DNA of 64,000 nucleotides from Raillietiella orientalis (Eukaryota): NCBI GenBank assembly GCA_036172245.1, contig JAYWIR010000019.1, positions 186,001 to 250,000 of the forward strand, read 5' to 3'. Shown piece by piece: positions 51,282 to 64,000 of this stretch (position 1 is its first letter; each line of letters starts with the position of its first letter). The notes under the pieces were generated by a model. It saw only the letters and a program-made list of their open reading frames with translations, ran no database searches and was not told where the DNA came from. The position numbers and the translations under genes were made by a program.

Positions 51282-54200
51282 TTTATTTTTTTTACATTCA
51301 TACTACAATTTCATTCATACAATTTACACAGAAAAACTTCACTACACCTCACGAGTGTTCTCTTGAAGTCTATTTCTTTGGGTCTCTGAAAGTTCACTGC
51401 ACTTATTCACCTAAACTTCGTTTGAGCTTAGATGCTGCCTTCAATCCTTCTCAGGATGGGATGGTAGTTCCAGGCCTGGACTTTTCCACAGTTCCTGACT
51501 CCGATCTCCTTCTGGATAAGCCCTTTCAGGATGTCCATCGGAGATACGGCCATCCTGGTGGTCTTCATCTTCCATCACCGCACAAGAATGGTGGTGATGA
51601 AGAGGGCGAAGGTCACTCTTACCATTGGGTTATAGCAGTTCCATTTCCTTGGAACATCTCTGCCAAGACCACCATGGTCGAGTCATTGGGCAGCCCGATG
51701 ACCCTTTTCAGGTAAACCACTCGGTTTGCAATGTGGGGCAGATCAAAATATGACGTCTTGTATCGATGCCACCACATGCTCTGCAGATTTCTCTTCCCCT
51801 TTTGCCCGTGAAAAACTTCATTCTGGATCCACTCGGGATGCCTCCATGGTAAAACATAAGGTTATCCTGAGTGTCCGGTGGCAGGTCACTCCTCCAGAGC
51901 ATCGTCCCAATCGCTAGTGGATTAAATCCACTGCTGGCGTGGTGGTCGGCGGCTTCTTGGAGGGCACTGGTGTCTTGTTCTTCGACTATTAGTCGGCGTA
52001 TGTTGATCTTGGTTATCCTGGACCACGCGAAGTCGTTATGGTTTTTCCACACTTTGCGTGTCATATGGGTGAAGCTGCCAGAGATCCTTTGGAAGTCACG
52101 GAGCACCCTGGAATGGTGTAGGTAGGGCTACCGTCTCCATGTCTCAGTGGGCTTCAAAGTAACTTGGACCGCTGGCATATCCAGCTCCTCGTGTCATCTT
52201 GCACGGGAAGCATCCACGGGATAACCAGGATGGATTCCTCCTGCCAGAGTTCTTTGCTTTTCGGGATGATCTTGATTTGTTCTTTCCTTCTTAGTTGCTG
52301 TTTTCTCTGCCATGTTGGGTCAATGGTGGACCATTCGCCCATTCTGCCGAGCAGCGCAGTCATCAGGCGTCTCGAGTTCAACAACAGCGAGTACGCCCTG
52401 TGCGCTGCGTACGGCCGGTCGTCCCAGTTGGAAGACATGTCCAGGATTTGTCGCACGTCCATGATGTACACGGCGTGTGCAGACGACTTCATCCCGGTCC
52501 CACCTTCTTCCTTAGGGCGACATAGTGGTTTGAGGCGTATTCTCGGTCGGTATCCTCCCCAAAAGGTCTTCCTCTGAAGCTTTTCCACCTCTCTCGAGGT
52601 ATCTTTGAACATTCTGTAGAAGGCCGCTCCAAAGAGTATCTTCGGAAGGAGTACTCCGCTCCAAAGATTAGCCCTCTTCATGTTAAAGTCCGAGCGGGTA
52701 TACTCCGCTCCTTCTGCTGCTGCTTTCCCCAGGATTTCTTTCCACAGTAATTGGAATTCTGGTGCTTCGCCAATGTGGACACCCAGGTACTTCACTTGAT
52801 CCACCGTGCCAAAACTTTCCCTTGTAAGAGTGGAGAAGTCCAGGATTCCGACGGGCAAAAGCTGGCTTTTTTGGGCATTGATTCTTAAGCCCAATTCTTC
52901 ATTCATAAGCTCCATCACATGCAGAAAACCTCGCTGATCTCCCCTTTTAAGAAGAGAAGATCGTCTGCGTAGGCCATATGGGTGAGCCTTTGCCTGTCCA
53001 CGTTGATTCCTTGGAGGTACCCAGTTCTCTCGATGAACGACGAGACGACCTCCATATAGATGACAAACAGCATCGGACTTAGAGCATCGTCCTGACGGAC
53101 TCCGCGTTCCATCCGGATAGCTGTTCACCGTTAATCTTGATGCGGAAATTTTGTTCTTCAAGTACCATCTTCACGAAGTTACCGAAGTATTCCAGGAGGC
53201 CCAGGCTTCCTAGAATCTTCAGCAGCATCCCGTGGTCCACCGTATCCAAAGCCTTCTCCATGTCAGTGAAGCCCAGTACCAAGTTCTCGCCGATATATCG
53301 GCTGAGTCCAATGGTAGCTTGGGCACACTTGACATTGTCCGACATGTAAAGTCCAGGCACCGCACATGTTCGGACCGGAGAGATCATCTTCGGCATGACC
53401 TTGCCTAAGCGGTTGGCCCAGATCTTCGCCAACCACTTGGCATGGGAGTTGAGGATCGAGATTGACCTCCATTGGGTGACCTAACTCAGGTCACCTCCTT
53501 TTAGCAGCAATCTCATCCTATTCTCGTAGAAGGATTGCGGTAGTCGTCCTTCTTCCCTGATGCGTAGCGTCAGCTGGTGGAACAAACGCTGGTAGGCATG
53601 CAGGTACCGTTGATAGTGGGAGATGAGATCACTATCAGGGCCCGCTGCCACATCCTTGCGAAGTTCTTTGAACGCAGCTTTCACTTCTTCTTCGGAGATT
53701 TCCTCTTCTAGCATCTCTATTCTTTTCATCAACTCTTCTTTCCAGATATTTCAGAAAACTATTTTGGTAGGACTTGCACAGATGTCTGCGTCGGAAGTGT
53801 TCCACGTAGTGCCTTTGGAAGGCTTCGGTGATATCTTCCGACGTGTGCCTGGCGCGACCATCGTACTGGATACAGAAGATATCTGTTGCCAGATTCTTCT
53901 TCTCCAGCACGCCGACTTCTTCCTTGATGTTTTGGAAGACGTACCGACTCTCGTAGTGTTGCCAGTACTTCTAGAGGGAGCGATCTCGGATGTTCAGCTC
54001 CCGGTACGCTTCCTGCCTCAATCTCTTGTCACCGAACTGCATGTTGCAGAAGAGGTGGACTCGGTGTTTCAAGCTATCCCAGTCGGCGACTCTGCTGATG
54101 GTGGCCGTCTTCAGATTCGCCTCTATTAGCTCTTGGTGGTGGGGTGGCATTTCGAACCAGGCGGGCATGCTGATGAGCGCCGCCCCGGATGGCTTCTTTT

Positions 54201-54368
54201 GCCGAGGGTTTTCGGTCCTCAGAGACAACCTCATCAGCGGGTGGTCGGACACAGGGTCGGGCGTGTCGCGAAACCCGAGGATGCACTCCCCTATGTCGGA
54301 GCTGTAGAAGACGTGGTTGATTGGCTTGTGGCCGTCGTGCGTTTTGAGTTCCCCCCGCAAGATGAGGA
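51282..54368 (-). mobile_element. 5'-truncated non-LTR retrotransposon ORF2 (L1/Tx1 clade: APE endonuclease end, RT, zf-RVT), frameshifted
   Basis: INHVF...PVSDH (APE end); AAGPD; WRSISILNSHAKWLAKIWANRLGKVMPKMISP; DMEKALDTVDH; RGVRQDDALSPMLF; AYADD; KYLG; RPKEEGGTG; CRACGGIDTRRHILIC. A-rich/AATAAA 3' end near 51282-51293. Confidence 0.93.
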
Positions 54369-55640
54369 TTGACACCCAGTCACGTCGGGGCATTTATTTA
54401 TAAAATAAACACACACATTTGTGGCAGGACGTTTGATCCTTCCAAGTTACTTGCAACTACGAGAAGGAACATGCCGGGAACTGGCACGCAGGTCAGTGGA
54501 GTTCTCTTCAGCAGAACAGAGGAAGGGGAGACAAACGAAATAAAAAAAAAAATGAAACAGTCAAAAAATGGGGGGTTCTAAAAGGGGTCATTATGTGCTG
54601 GAGGGCGTCCTCTGCATTCTTGTAAGGATGTCCTCAAGTTTCTCTTTCAAGACTCCCAGATGAGGCCATCTTGACGCTATCTCTTAAAAAGGATAGCAGA
54701 ATAGATAACATCCCTGTCGTTCTGGACTCCTCTGACGTTGCTTCATGCAGCCACGGTTCCGCGCAGGCAGCAAAGTGCTGCTAGAGATGTGGCCGGCTTG
54801 AGGAAGAGGTAGGAAGGAAGAGGCCCTTTCAAACGTCTCTGGCGTCTCCTCTGGAGTTGCCACTGAAAGTTCCACGTGACAAAGAGCCCCCAAAGGGACC
54901 AGAGGGCAATGCAGTCAACTAGGAGGTGAGGGAGGGATCCCCTCTCCCCGCACCTTGCACAGTTTGGATCCACCCTCTTCTCTCGTGTCCAGTGATGTGG
55001 GCTGGCGGAAAGCCCCAGTGCAGCAGCGGCATCAACGCAGACTCTTGCCCCTTTAAGGGGAGGGTGCGACACTGGTGGAAGCCGGAAACCGGATGCCTCG
55101 TTGACTGCCGCGATAGGGAGTTGACCCTCTGGGAACCTCCCACGAATCAAGGAGTCTCGGGATTAACCTTGGGGTTGTGCAAACGGAGTCGCTGCCATGC
55201 AACTGGTTGGCACCCCCCCCGAAGGTTGCCTCTCCTGAGTGTCAGAAGCGCGCTGCTCCTTTCGAAGGGAGGCCCTTCAGAGAAATCGGGAAGTGCCCCT
55301 TCAGAGTTCTCTTCGGAGGAGGAAACAGGGAGCCACACCCTTGCGGGTTTCCTCCGTAGAAGAAATTGCAGGAGCAGATCCTTTCCAGGTTTTCTTCGAA
55401 GAAGAAATCACGAGTGGCTCCCTCCGGGAGTCCCTCCGAGGAGAATAAAGAAAGAGGCTCTCCTCTAGCGGCCGGATCGAGAACTAAACCCGCGGCGCTC
55501 CTATTCCGCTGTCCTGGAGCACCATTTCCGGGAGTGATTCTCCGAAGGTGACGATCGCGGGGCCGCTGGATGCCCCTACGGGGTTCCCTCTTAAAAACAA
55601 GAGGAACGGACTCTTTCCTCCGTGGCTTTCCTGGATTCAT
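54369..55640 (-). mobile_element. Family A LINE-like copy whose 3' terminus abuts the broken 5' end of the L1/Tx1 ORF2
   Basis: DPNCARCGERGSLPHLLVDCIALW motif; terminus AATAAATGCCCCGACGTGACTGGGTGTCAA at 54369-54398. Confidence 0.75.
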
Positions 55641-56199
55641 AGGGTGGTCGCTCTCGGGTTACTCCCTATAACTCACGAGGAGTTACGGACACTCCATGGA
55701 CGCACGAACCCGACCTCCAGCAAGACGTGCCTTCGCGCTATCCACGAACGTCATGGCTCGCTCTTTGGGACCTCCTGGTCGGACCCACGTGCGTCCGGAG
55801 CACAATTCAACCTATCTGTCGAGACCACGAAGCCATGGGAGTTTTCGGTCGCGCGCCCGTTGCTGCTCTCTCCAGGTTGCACATGCCTCCAAACCTCTGT
55901 TGCCTCATCCAGGAGGCGCTGCGAGAGAACCTGACCTCTTTCTTCTTTCTGGAGCGGCAGTTGTGGCCACTGGGAACGAAACTTTGCGCCTTGTTTTGCA
56001 AGTTTCGTGCACTCAAAAGAGGCCCCGTCGAAGAATCTACTCCTCACGGAAAATTTGACCTCGAGGGTGAAAAAGAGTACATTGAGATTGTCTTTTCCTT
56101 TGCTGCTGCAATCAGATGCATTGGTGTGGAAGCAGGAACGTTGATTCTTAGCTTCCCACCCCCTCGCATTCCTTTATCACTTCCGTTCCGATAACGATT

Positions 56200-58050
56200 T
56201 CGATCGAAGTGTCTCCTCGATGACTTCATCTTAGGAGGTCGCACCCCACTTCTCCTGAACCTTGGAAGGGCGAACCGACGTGATGCATTCTGATGGACAG
56301 CAGGGGACGCCGAAAGTTTCGGAAAGAACTTTTTTTCCAATCCGATGCGACATTCCGCATCGCAGCTTTCGAAATCTCCCATTTTCTCGTCTTGCCAGAT
56401 GTTCGCTTCGGAATGACCTTTCGGATTCGCCGTCCATTCGCCGACACTTGGAGTCTTCCTCGTTCCATGTCCTACATGCGCAGTCTTCAGGAAGCGTTTG
56501 CTAACGGATCCGCCCCTGAGGTCGAGATGCACCATGCCGGCGTCACTGTTCCGAAGTGCCTTGCGAAACCAAGTCCGCAAAGGTCAAAGCGCACATGCGT
56601 CAGCACATGCTGGTCGGTAAGTCGGAGCACGCGGGATGCCAAGAGTTCCACGAACACGTTCCCTGCCGTTGGAGGTTCTGGTCACGTTCAGCCAGAATGT
56701 ATGCGCTTGACGATGCACAAGAGGATGAGAAGCACGAGCTCCTTGCGGGGTACTTTCAGTGGCCTCAGCAGCTGCCCCCGTGCCGCGCCGACAGCACCGT
56801 TCCGCAACACTCCTCACCGGTGCCTCCCGGTGCGAATTCAATCGCGCAAGGAGAAGAATTCCAGTGGAAGCCGTTTGCACTCCTGCTGCCCGAACTTCCG
56901 AATGCCGCGAAGACGTGTCTCGCTGCCGTCTCCTAGGAGCCCCTTCGATTCGCGACTGCACCCTCAGCTTCCAGCGAATGGGCCAGAGAGAGAGAGAGAG
57001 AGCACTGAAATGATGGCTCTCGGTGGCGGTGCCAACAAACCTCCACGGCACCGCGGAATCCCGGAGGAATGGCATTCGTGGTGCGCTACTGGGATGATGG
57101 GGTGGCTGTTCAGAAACGCAGGTACACGTGGATTACTGGAGGCAATCATGCCGACTTTGGACGGTTTGCGATTGCAGCGCTGGCCAGCATCCGAATCATG
57201 TGGCGAGTCACTACTAAGAGATTGCAATCGCCTGGAGATGCGCACGCTGAAGTTTACGGTTGAGGCTCAGGTGAAAGTGAAGACTGCGCACCTCTCGAAG
57301 GAGGAAATCAGACTCCAGAGACCACGCGATGTTCCGTGACGTATCCACTTTCTGATCTGCAAGTCCAGGAATTGTGCTTGGAGGAGCGTTCGATGGAAAT
57401 CCCAGCACAAGGGAGACAAGTCTGTCACATGTCTCGGACGAGACCGATGATCGGAGCACGCGAACGGATACGTGCACTTTTGCTTCTCCGCCTGGCGGAA
57501 GCAAAAGGCTGCACCACCATTAGCTAAACAGGAATGAGGATAAAAAAACACACAGGGACGCAATGGTCCGGTGGAACCACGTCAGCCACGCGCACCTGTG
57601 GGCTCAATCCGCTGATTCCGTTCTTTCAAGGCAAGAAAAACTAGTGTCGGGCAATCACACATGCATTCTTGAATTCTGGATGTCACACACGTCATTTCCA
57701 GTCATTTTCTTGAAAAAACTGCTCGCCGTTTCCTCCCAGACACATTCCCAGGAAGATGACTTTTCGTAACCTACTTTTCGGGTAGATGCCTTCGCATGCA
57801 TTCCTTTGGTGCTGCTCCCATCTCCGACAAAAGCGTCCGCAGCGCAGTTATTGAAGGTAAAAACGTGCGAAAACTCATTTGTTTGCGCATTTTAAGGAAA
57901 ATGAAATGGCAGCTTTGTGTACATAGAAAGGTCACACGCATCTTTTTGCGGCCCACAGACATGCTGTCTCAACTTCTGCTGGTAATGCCAGCGGATGCAC
58001 CAACGGACACACACAAGGAAGCAATCCACTTTCTAGAAAAGCGCTCCTCA
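56200..58050 (+). mobile_element. Decayed hAT-superfamily transposase remnant
   Basis: Ordered remnants: RRHLESSSFH (~56440), KPFALLL (~56870), AFVVRYWD (57072), VP*RIHFL (57331; CxxH position), TQWS (57558; TRW motif) and LLLVMPA (57973; dimerisation domain). No TIRs were identified. Confidence 0.5.
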
Positions 58051-59799
58051 CGAATGGCATGTGACAAGCAGCCTGCATCTCAATTCTGTGTCCTTTCCCC
58101 CAGCACCATTCCGTGCAAGCTGTAAATCATTTCAATTTCTAAATATGTCAGTTTCTGTTCACACAAAGGCATCCAGCTGCTCACAAACCACTCCACATGG
58201 GAAGAAGCCAGAGCTCTTCACCTGTTCCCTTGCTTTGTTTGTGCACTTTCTGGAGATGCATTTCCTTATTAGGAGGTTCCAACTGCAAAGAATACCTGCA
58301 TGCAGCTGAGAACTCAATTGAGTTAGGTAGTCATCATGCACATCATTCTACATATGATGTCATGGAGCATCACAAGATCTTCCCATGAGTGTTCTGTGCC
58401 CTTGACTTCAGTTGCAAATGTAGATGGAAGTGAGGTCCTGTTCTCATGCACAGGTTCTGGAATGGCTCTAAAGTGCACCCTGGTTTGGTGTTCAGCATGT
58501 TATGCTCATTGGAATGATCACTGGCCAAAGATATTTGTTCCAGAATCGTTCCCATCATGCTCAAACTGCACCCTCTGGCAACAAGCAGTCAAGGCAATTC
58601 CTGGATACTAGTGGGTCAGCTGGATTTGGGTTTGCTGATTGTAGAAATTCATGGAAACAAGCAAGAATCACGAGAATGCTGCCACATTAGTTGGTCCATG
58701 CTGAACTGCCACTCAGCAGCAAACATCTGCCACTGAGTGCCACAGCTGCCACAAAACTAAACTACATAAAGACTGCATGCTTCCATTAAGACAGCAGTGG
58801 AAGTCAACAGAATGGGTGCAGTCCTTGAATTCAAGCTAGCTGGGCCAATCCCGATGCCATGAGAACAATTTTGTATTTTGTATCTCCTGCATCCCTAGCT
58901 TGTCTGCTTCTCATTCCTCCTTCATCCTATAAGCACAGAACAGCACTGATGCTGGAACAAAAATCGAGTCACATCGCAGTAAGCATCCTGAGGTTGGAAT
59001 TCTTCACTGAAAGTTATGGATACTGGTTGGTTCTGTGAATGTTTGGAATTGATGGGACTGAACTGAAAGGAAACTCTGCGACCTTTACATAAGACTACTA
59101 CTTGTTAACATTGCCAGCAGTAAACCCACAGAGTAGGAAGGATTACACTGGCTGGGGAACTCTGATCTGCGTCTCATAGGATGCAGGCAACCCTGGCTAC
59201 ATTTTCATTTCCATTCAGTGAAGATATGTAAACAATTAACAAGCAAATTGAATAAGAGATTTAGTCCCCGAAAATGTGCGAACAATCTCTCTCCAACCTC
59301 TATTTCTGCACTTCAAAAGTTGCCCATCATGGCGGCTTGCTGGCATAAAAAGACCATTGCCTCCATCTTCGGGTGCTACAGCTATCTTCTTTGTACCTAC
59401 ATTGATGCTATACCGGTCATATGATTTATTTGAAAAGTGTTATGCAGATGGAACTCAAACTCTTCACAGGGCACAATAAGTTTGATACCTACGTACTGCA
59501 ATGTCCCAGGAGTGTGTGCACAGCAGCAGACTCCTGTAATTTTCTATTCAGGGCTGCGTTCCAATACAAACACACCCCTACACTCCACCCCCAGGGAAAG
59601 CACAGGTATGCAGAGATGCCAACTCACCCATCATCCACATAATGGGAAACCGCGTTACAACTGTATGCCGAAGGAAAAGTGTTCTTTAGAATTGCCTTGG
59701 CCCTCCACCTTTTCTTCTACCACTTTCCATTGCATTGGAACAACTTTAGTGCTTTTCCGAGGCCCGCAAGAGCTGCGATATGAATAAATTGCACGACAA

Positions 59800-62700
59800 T
59801 CAATGCTATCCACAAGTAAGAACCAAAACAAGAGATGTGCAACTTGCAATCGCGATGGACCTTCTTCCACGCTCGTGCACAGCGAGTTCGAAGACCGTCT
59901 TCAGGTTGCCTCTTCCTAGGTTTGGATGCCCTCGTGCGCTGGCGTGTCCGGGCCACTCTCAGGATGAGGTCCGCAAAATTCGTGGTTCTCAGCAGTGTGG
60001 AGCCAAAGAGCAATAGGAAGGACGTTCGACGTATGGATGCAACCACCCGGTCCAAGGTAATGTGGGATGAGTTAGGAAATCTGGAAATGATGACGTGGCT
60101 GAAGAAAGTGACCTCACAATCCTGGAGAAAAGCAAGGTGTCATGGCGGCAGTAGAGAAAGCAGGACGGATGGGTATTTCGAATGTCTCCAGCCGTTAGCC
60201 TCCTGCGAGTCTGTCCGTGCGAGACGTGCCGCATCACGTGGAAATGTGCAGGTGTGAATGCAGAAGCAAAGGGTACAAAGGGGCATTCGAGGACAGTCCG
60301 GGGTATGGATGATAAAGGAAGGAAACACAGGGCCGCGTCTTCAGATGAGCAATATGGGATCCCTTCTGAAGAAATAGGGTGTCTGGAGATCGTCCGGACG
60401 GAGCTCCCGCCTCCTTGGTGGATCCTTCACCTTTCGGGGCGGAAGAGGAAGCCACGACTCCACTCAAACGGAGACTTCATCACCAGGTTGGGATGGAGCG
60501 ACGTACAAACGGTGGGAGCCTGTCGCTCACCTCCACCTCCGATCCCGGCGATTCGGAAGCGACTGAGAACTTCCATCCGTTTCTGACATCATCTTCAGTG
60601 AGGAGTAGGTGGGTGGCTGTCCTCGTCTCCTCCACGAGAGGTGCCCCTCGCGAAGGCTGCAGAAATGGATGAGGGACAATGAGGTCTTCTGTCCAAGAAA
60701 GCGGGAAGAGGTCCCTCTGTCCGGCGGAGTCCTCGGACGGGGCTCCGTGACGCAGGCGAGACGGCGGCCCAAGGAACGCCCCACAGAGCACCCGCACCCA
60801 GTTTCCCTACCCAGCCGGTGCGTCCGGGGTGATACCGAGTGAACCGCCGCATGGTGCCTTGCGGGCGAGACAAGCGGGAGGAACCTTTGAAGGAATGCCG
60901 AAACATCTGTACGAGGAACGCGCGTGACTCTTTGCAATGCGCACCGCACGCTCCGCGAAACACCATGATCTTCATGGCAGTTGAGCAGGGATGCCCACGG
61001 AGGCTCTTGCTCTTCAGTCCGACGATAGGATTGGCGGAGGCATTTGGAGCTGAATGGACCAGCCAATGCCGTTGATATGGCACTCGCCGCGCAAGCAGAA
61101 GATGGGCGTCGTGAACGCCACCGGACTGGGAGGAAGTAAATAATTCGATCTGCATGCTTTGTTGCCAAGGCACTACTGCCTTTATGCAGATTAGGACTCT
61201 CAATGCTGCACGAGGAAGGTGCTACGGGGGTCTACTCTACAACGGGGAGAATACGTTCCGCGTTATAGGAGCTAGCGCATGGATTAACGAGGAGAGTGCT
61301 TTCCGCGCTATACGAGCCCTCGGAAGTACTCGGAATATATCGCTCTTCCTGACAAAAAATTCAAACGCGGTGATCATCGAGGAGCCAGCATTGTTCTCAT
61401 GGCAAGAAATGGGCTCCCGTTTCCTTCATACTCTGTTACGGGACATTAACGGTTTGGGAAGATCGAAAAAAGCAGATGGGGCGTTCTTGAAGAACAGCAC
61501 CAGACGACTCCTCGGGTGAAATGCGGGTCAAGCAGCAATTGCATGTATGATATGACGTCGACCTCCGAGTCCCTTCCAGGAATCAAGGAGTGGGAGTTCC
61601 TTTCCGGTTGTGCATAGGAGCGGACTTCCCTTTGGGGGGGGGACTCTCCGTAGAGTAGGTGTGACGCCACATGTCTAGAGTTCCAGAGAAGCGTGCCCCG
61701 AAGAAAGCGGCAGGCTTTCTTCGGGGAGAGCGCCCTTCTGAATTTCGAAACGTCCCTTCGGGGTTCTCTTCAGAGGAGTAAACAGGAGCGGTGTTCCCTT
61801 ATGGGTTTCAGAGAAGAAAACATTGAGTAGACTCCTTCGGGGGTCCCTCCGGAGAGAGTAAAGAAGATTGGGAACTCCGATGGGAACCCGGAAGAGAATC
61901 TTCCGGGTTCCCATCGGAGACAGCCAGCGTTGGGAGGTTTCCTTCGGGATGCACGTATTCTCGGGTGGAATGGGGTGGGTCTCTACGAGCTGCGTGAGCT
62001 GCGTGGGACGCTGGTTCTTGAAGTACTCAGCGAACCCCCCAAAAAACCTGAAAGCGAAGAAGGATTTCCATCGTCCTAGTGCAATAGTAGCAATCTCCTT
62101 GTGGGTTTTTCATAAAACAACCAATGAAACCTAACCTACTTAATCCACACCCTAAACGTTTAAAATAGTTAGAACGTCACGCTATGTAAACTTCGCGAAA
62201 CCTCTTGAAATTGCATAGATGAGGCGTCCATCCGTCAGTCTTTGGGCAAATTAGGACGGCTTCCTAACGGAAGCTAGCTCTGAAGCAAAGATGATGAAAG
62301 GAGTACCACTTATCAGGGTGGAATGTTGAAGAAGGTGGCAGAGTCCACAGAGTCCGGCACTTGGTTGGGTGGCAAAGTTCCATCTGCCACTCAACCAAGT
62401 GCAGGACGAGCGGCAATGACGGAAGCCGCGAAAGTAAGCAAGACGCCTGCGTCGTCGTCCTGAGCAACCTCGGCCGCGTCCTTGCCGACCCGGAAGCGCA
62501 CTCTCGGAGACCCACACCCTGCAGAGCTGCCCACGCGGAAGGACAAAACAAAGCACCCTCGTGCGCCTGGACAAGTCCATTCGCCTATGAGGAGGAGCAG
62601 GGCGATTTCTGCCGCTCTGGACCTGCAACGCGCCCCAGCGGCAGATGCCCGAAGTGCGGAAGGCTCGGTCGTGCGGCTGCATCGCGTACAAACGCTGTTC

Positions 62701-64000
62701 TTCTCGGAGCCACGAGCGACAGGTACAAGGAGTGACTGACATTCCAGGGACACCTGGACGGCCTGAACGACAGGCTGCCGAACCACCGATCAAACGGACG
62801 CCACCTTCCTCCAGCTGCAGTTCCGGTCGAGGCACGCAAAAGAAGGCGTCTCCCGTCCAAGAAGACCGGAAGTGACTTCAGAAGTGTCCACCTTCGAGGT
62901 CCAGGTCCTTCGAGGTCAACGCGTCGACCATGCTAGAAGCCACCTTGGAGACGGCGGTGGAGGCAGCGGCGATCCACCCCGAATCAACGCAAACGGCAGA
63001 GGCTCCACTGCGACCGCGCCTGGACGGTCTTCGCCGGGAAGCTGGAAGCGCTCCCGGTGGTCGACGAGCAAGATGTTGGTATTCTTCGGCGTCGAGCCAC
63101 TATCGGGACAGAGCTCCACGTAGCCATCGATTCCATGGTCGCCTCCGTCGGAAAGGAAAGACTGTCGGAGGGATCACGGAGGACATCGGCAGCAGAAAGA
63201 ACCCCTCGTAATGATGTTGCGGGAATGGTCGCTGAGAGCTTGGGGGCGGGAGAAAACGCCCGCAGGGTGCGTACTACGTTAAGACCACCCGAGAAGGAAA
63301 CGGAAAGTGGTGGTCCGGACCATGACCCAGGAGAAGAGAGGGAAGGATCTGTCAGACAAAGGAGCATGAAAGACGTTTGTACTTAAAGCACGTACCAATT
63401 ACGGGATTTTAAGCACCTAACCGCCCGAGGGCCTCTTCACTCGTGGCAGGACGCTGCCTGCGGCGACGGACCGCCGTTCCGTGCTGCGTTCTCGGTATCG
63501 TGGCGGCCGGGGGATCGCGGACTTCTTCGACGCCTCCCACATCACCCGAGGATGCTCCTGACCTTTTCCGTTACAGCGAGTATCCCGGAAAGGACGACCC
63601 CGCGAATCCAGGAAGGCTCCCAAGGAAGGAGTCCGTCCCTCGCACCCTCGGCGGGGCGATCTTTTCCTTCTTCCCTCCTTTCTTCTCCAAAGGGGACTCA
63701 TGAAGCATCTACTCCTGGATTTCTTCCCCAGAGGGCATCCTTGGCGGGCCAGAGACCCCGGCTGCAGAGGTCGAGACAGCAGGGAAGCGCCTGCTGTCTC
63801 GCCTTTCCGTTGCCAAGGACCGCAGCGGGATGGCCTCACTGGAGGCACAGCCAGAAGGAGCGTGCCGGCGTCCCTGAGGGGATGAGGAGGACACGGGGGA
63901 GCAGCCTGCGGTTCCTTCCCTTCCCCTCTCGAACATTCCAGGCCCTCTTCGGTTTCGCATTTTCCTATCTTTCTCGTTTATTTCCCTTCTCTCTGGTTTC
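59800..64000. mobile_element. Further decayed LINE-derived fragments
   Basis: 61690-61870 resembles 55240-55455 (family A, minus). There are endonuclease-start-like peptides IRTLNAARG (61190) and RDINGLGRSKK (61439). 63400-64000 ends with the GGATGAGGAGGAC block and a pyrimidine tract, as other copies do. Confidence 0.4.

Noticed and set aside
56293..57339. 348-aa ORF as an intact protein
   Set aside because: The hAT-like motifs fall in other, interrupted frames, so this ORF is likely a chance frame over a decayed transposase.

Overview
Eukaryotic (most likely arthropod) genomic DNA with short GT-AG introns. There are three intact host genes: an RFX winged-helix transcription factor (+, CDS 5515-8389), Integrator subunit 5 (-, 8577-11615, convergent with RFX) and a synaptobrevin/VAMP v-SNARE (-, 37515-42043). 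The blocks at ~21.9-36 kb and ~43.8-64 kb are dense GC-rich graveyards of mobile DNA. They hold about a dozen diverged, 5'-truncated copies of one LINE-like family with an unusual AATAAA + GC stem-loop terminus, a frameshifted L1/Tx1-type ORF2 (-, ~51.3-54.4 kb), a more decayed RT (+, ~32.5-33.9 kb) and a decayed hAT-type transposase (~56.2-58.1 kb). The most striking item is an ~1.75 kb AT-rich, intron-less, pseudogenised bacterial-looking segment (24.8-26.5 kb; Shine-Dalgarno and sigma70-like signals; Wolbachia-like by my recollection) lying inside or between LINE copies, i.e. a candidate endosymbiont-to-host transfer. Also notable: X-box (RFX-binding) motifs inside the RFX locus and just upstream of the VAMP start, three tandem phase-0 RFX exons that each end in the pre-DBD R-x-S-P-x-T motif, a fibrinogen-domain pseudogene fragment and a perfect 42-bp palindrome. 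All family assignments come from motif recognition by eye; no database searches were run.
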